From Iphione sp. A-MEVVRFRX5 (Eukaryota): a stretch of 64,000 bases of DNA. The position numbers were made by a program, and so were the translations under genes. Below the pieces are notes generated by a model, which was not told where the DNA came from, searched no databases, and was given only the letters and a program-made list of their open reading frames with translations. The stretch lies in contig OZ320313.1 in assembly GCA_976226885.1 (NCBI GenBank), positions 70,804,001 to 70,868,000 of the forward strand, read 5' to 3'. Shown one piece after another: positions 63,753 through 64,000 of this stretch; positions within the stretch are counted from its first letter, which is position 1; every line of letters begins with the position of its first letter.

Positions 63753-64000
63753 GAGTACCTATACCAAGAGCTCTTGGTATCAAGGTGTTTCTTCGGGAAC
63801 AGATTGTCCGTGTCCTTGAAAAAATGCTCCAAGAGTAACTCAATGAAAGCCAGTGCATGGATGTTCGAATAGATCATTTAGGTCACTATTTCCGACTTGC
63901 CCTACTGTGTTTGTCAATCTACTTGTTTTCTATGTTATTTTCTATGGCATTCACTGCAGTTGTGAGTACTTGCCTACAGTGCTTGTAATTTATGAATACT

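Overview
Eukaryotic, intron-bearing metazoan DNA at roughly 42-44% GC by eye. The abundant TACATGTA motif, GC3-rich exons and the MITE families suggest a cephalochordate (amphioxus) or similar marine invertebrate; this is inference only. The only convincingly intact host coding segment is the terminal exon of a TANGO6/TMCO7 homologue (minus strand, 58338-58520). The other ~58 kb is a transposon and pseudogene graveyard. It holds a nearly complete but disabled Crypton-type (DUF3504) tyrosine-recombinase gene with a 118-bp palindrome upstream, an intron-containing piggyBac transposase relic, CR1/L2-type RT and endonuclease relics, four copies of a TWA-TSD MITE, a Tc1/mariner-type MITE, a very young 372-bp element with perfect 34-bp TIRs and an AATT duplication, and microsatellites. 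It also has many CpG-rich islands that look like decayed exons and that I mostly cannot assign. No rRNA, tRNA or CRISPR array is supported, and most ORFs in the supplied track look spurious. The best candidate for an interesting system is the Crypton recombinase with its adjacent lox-like palindrome.
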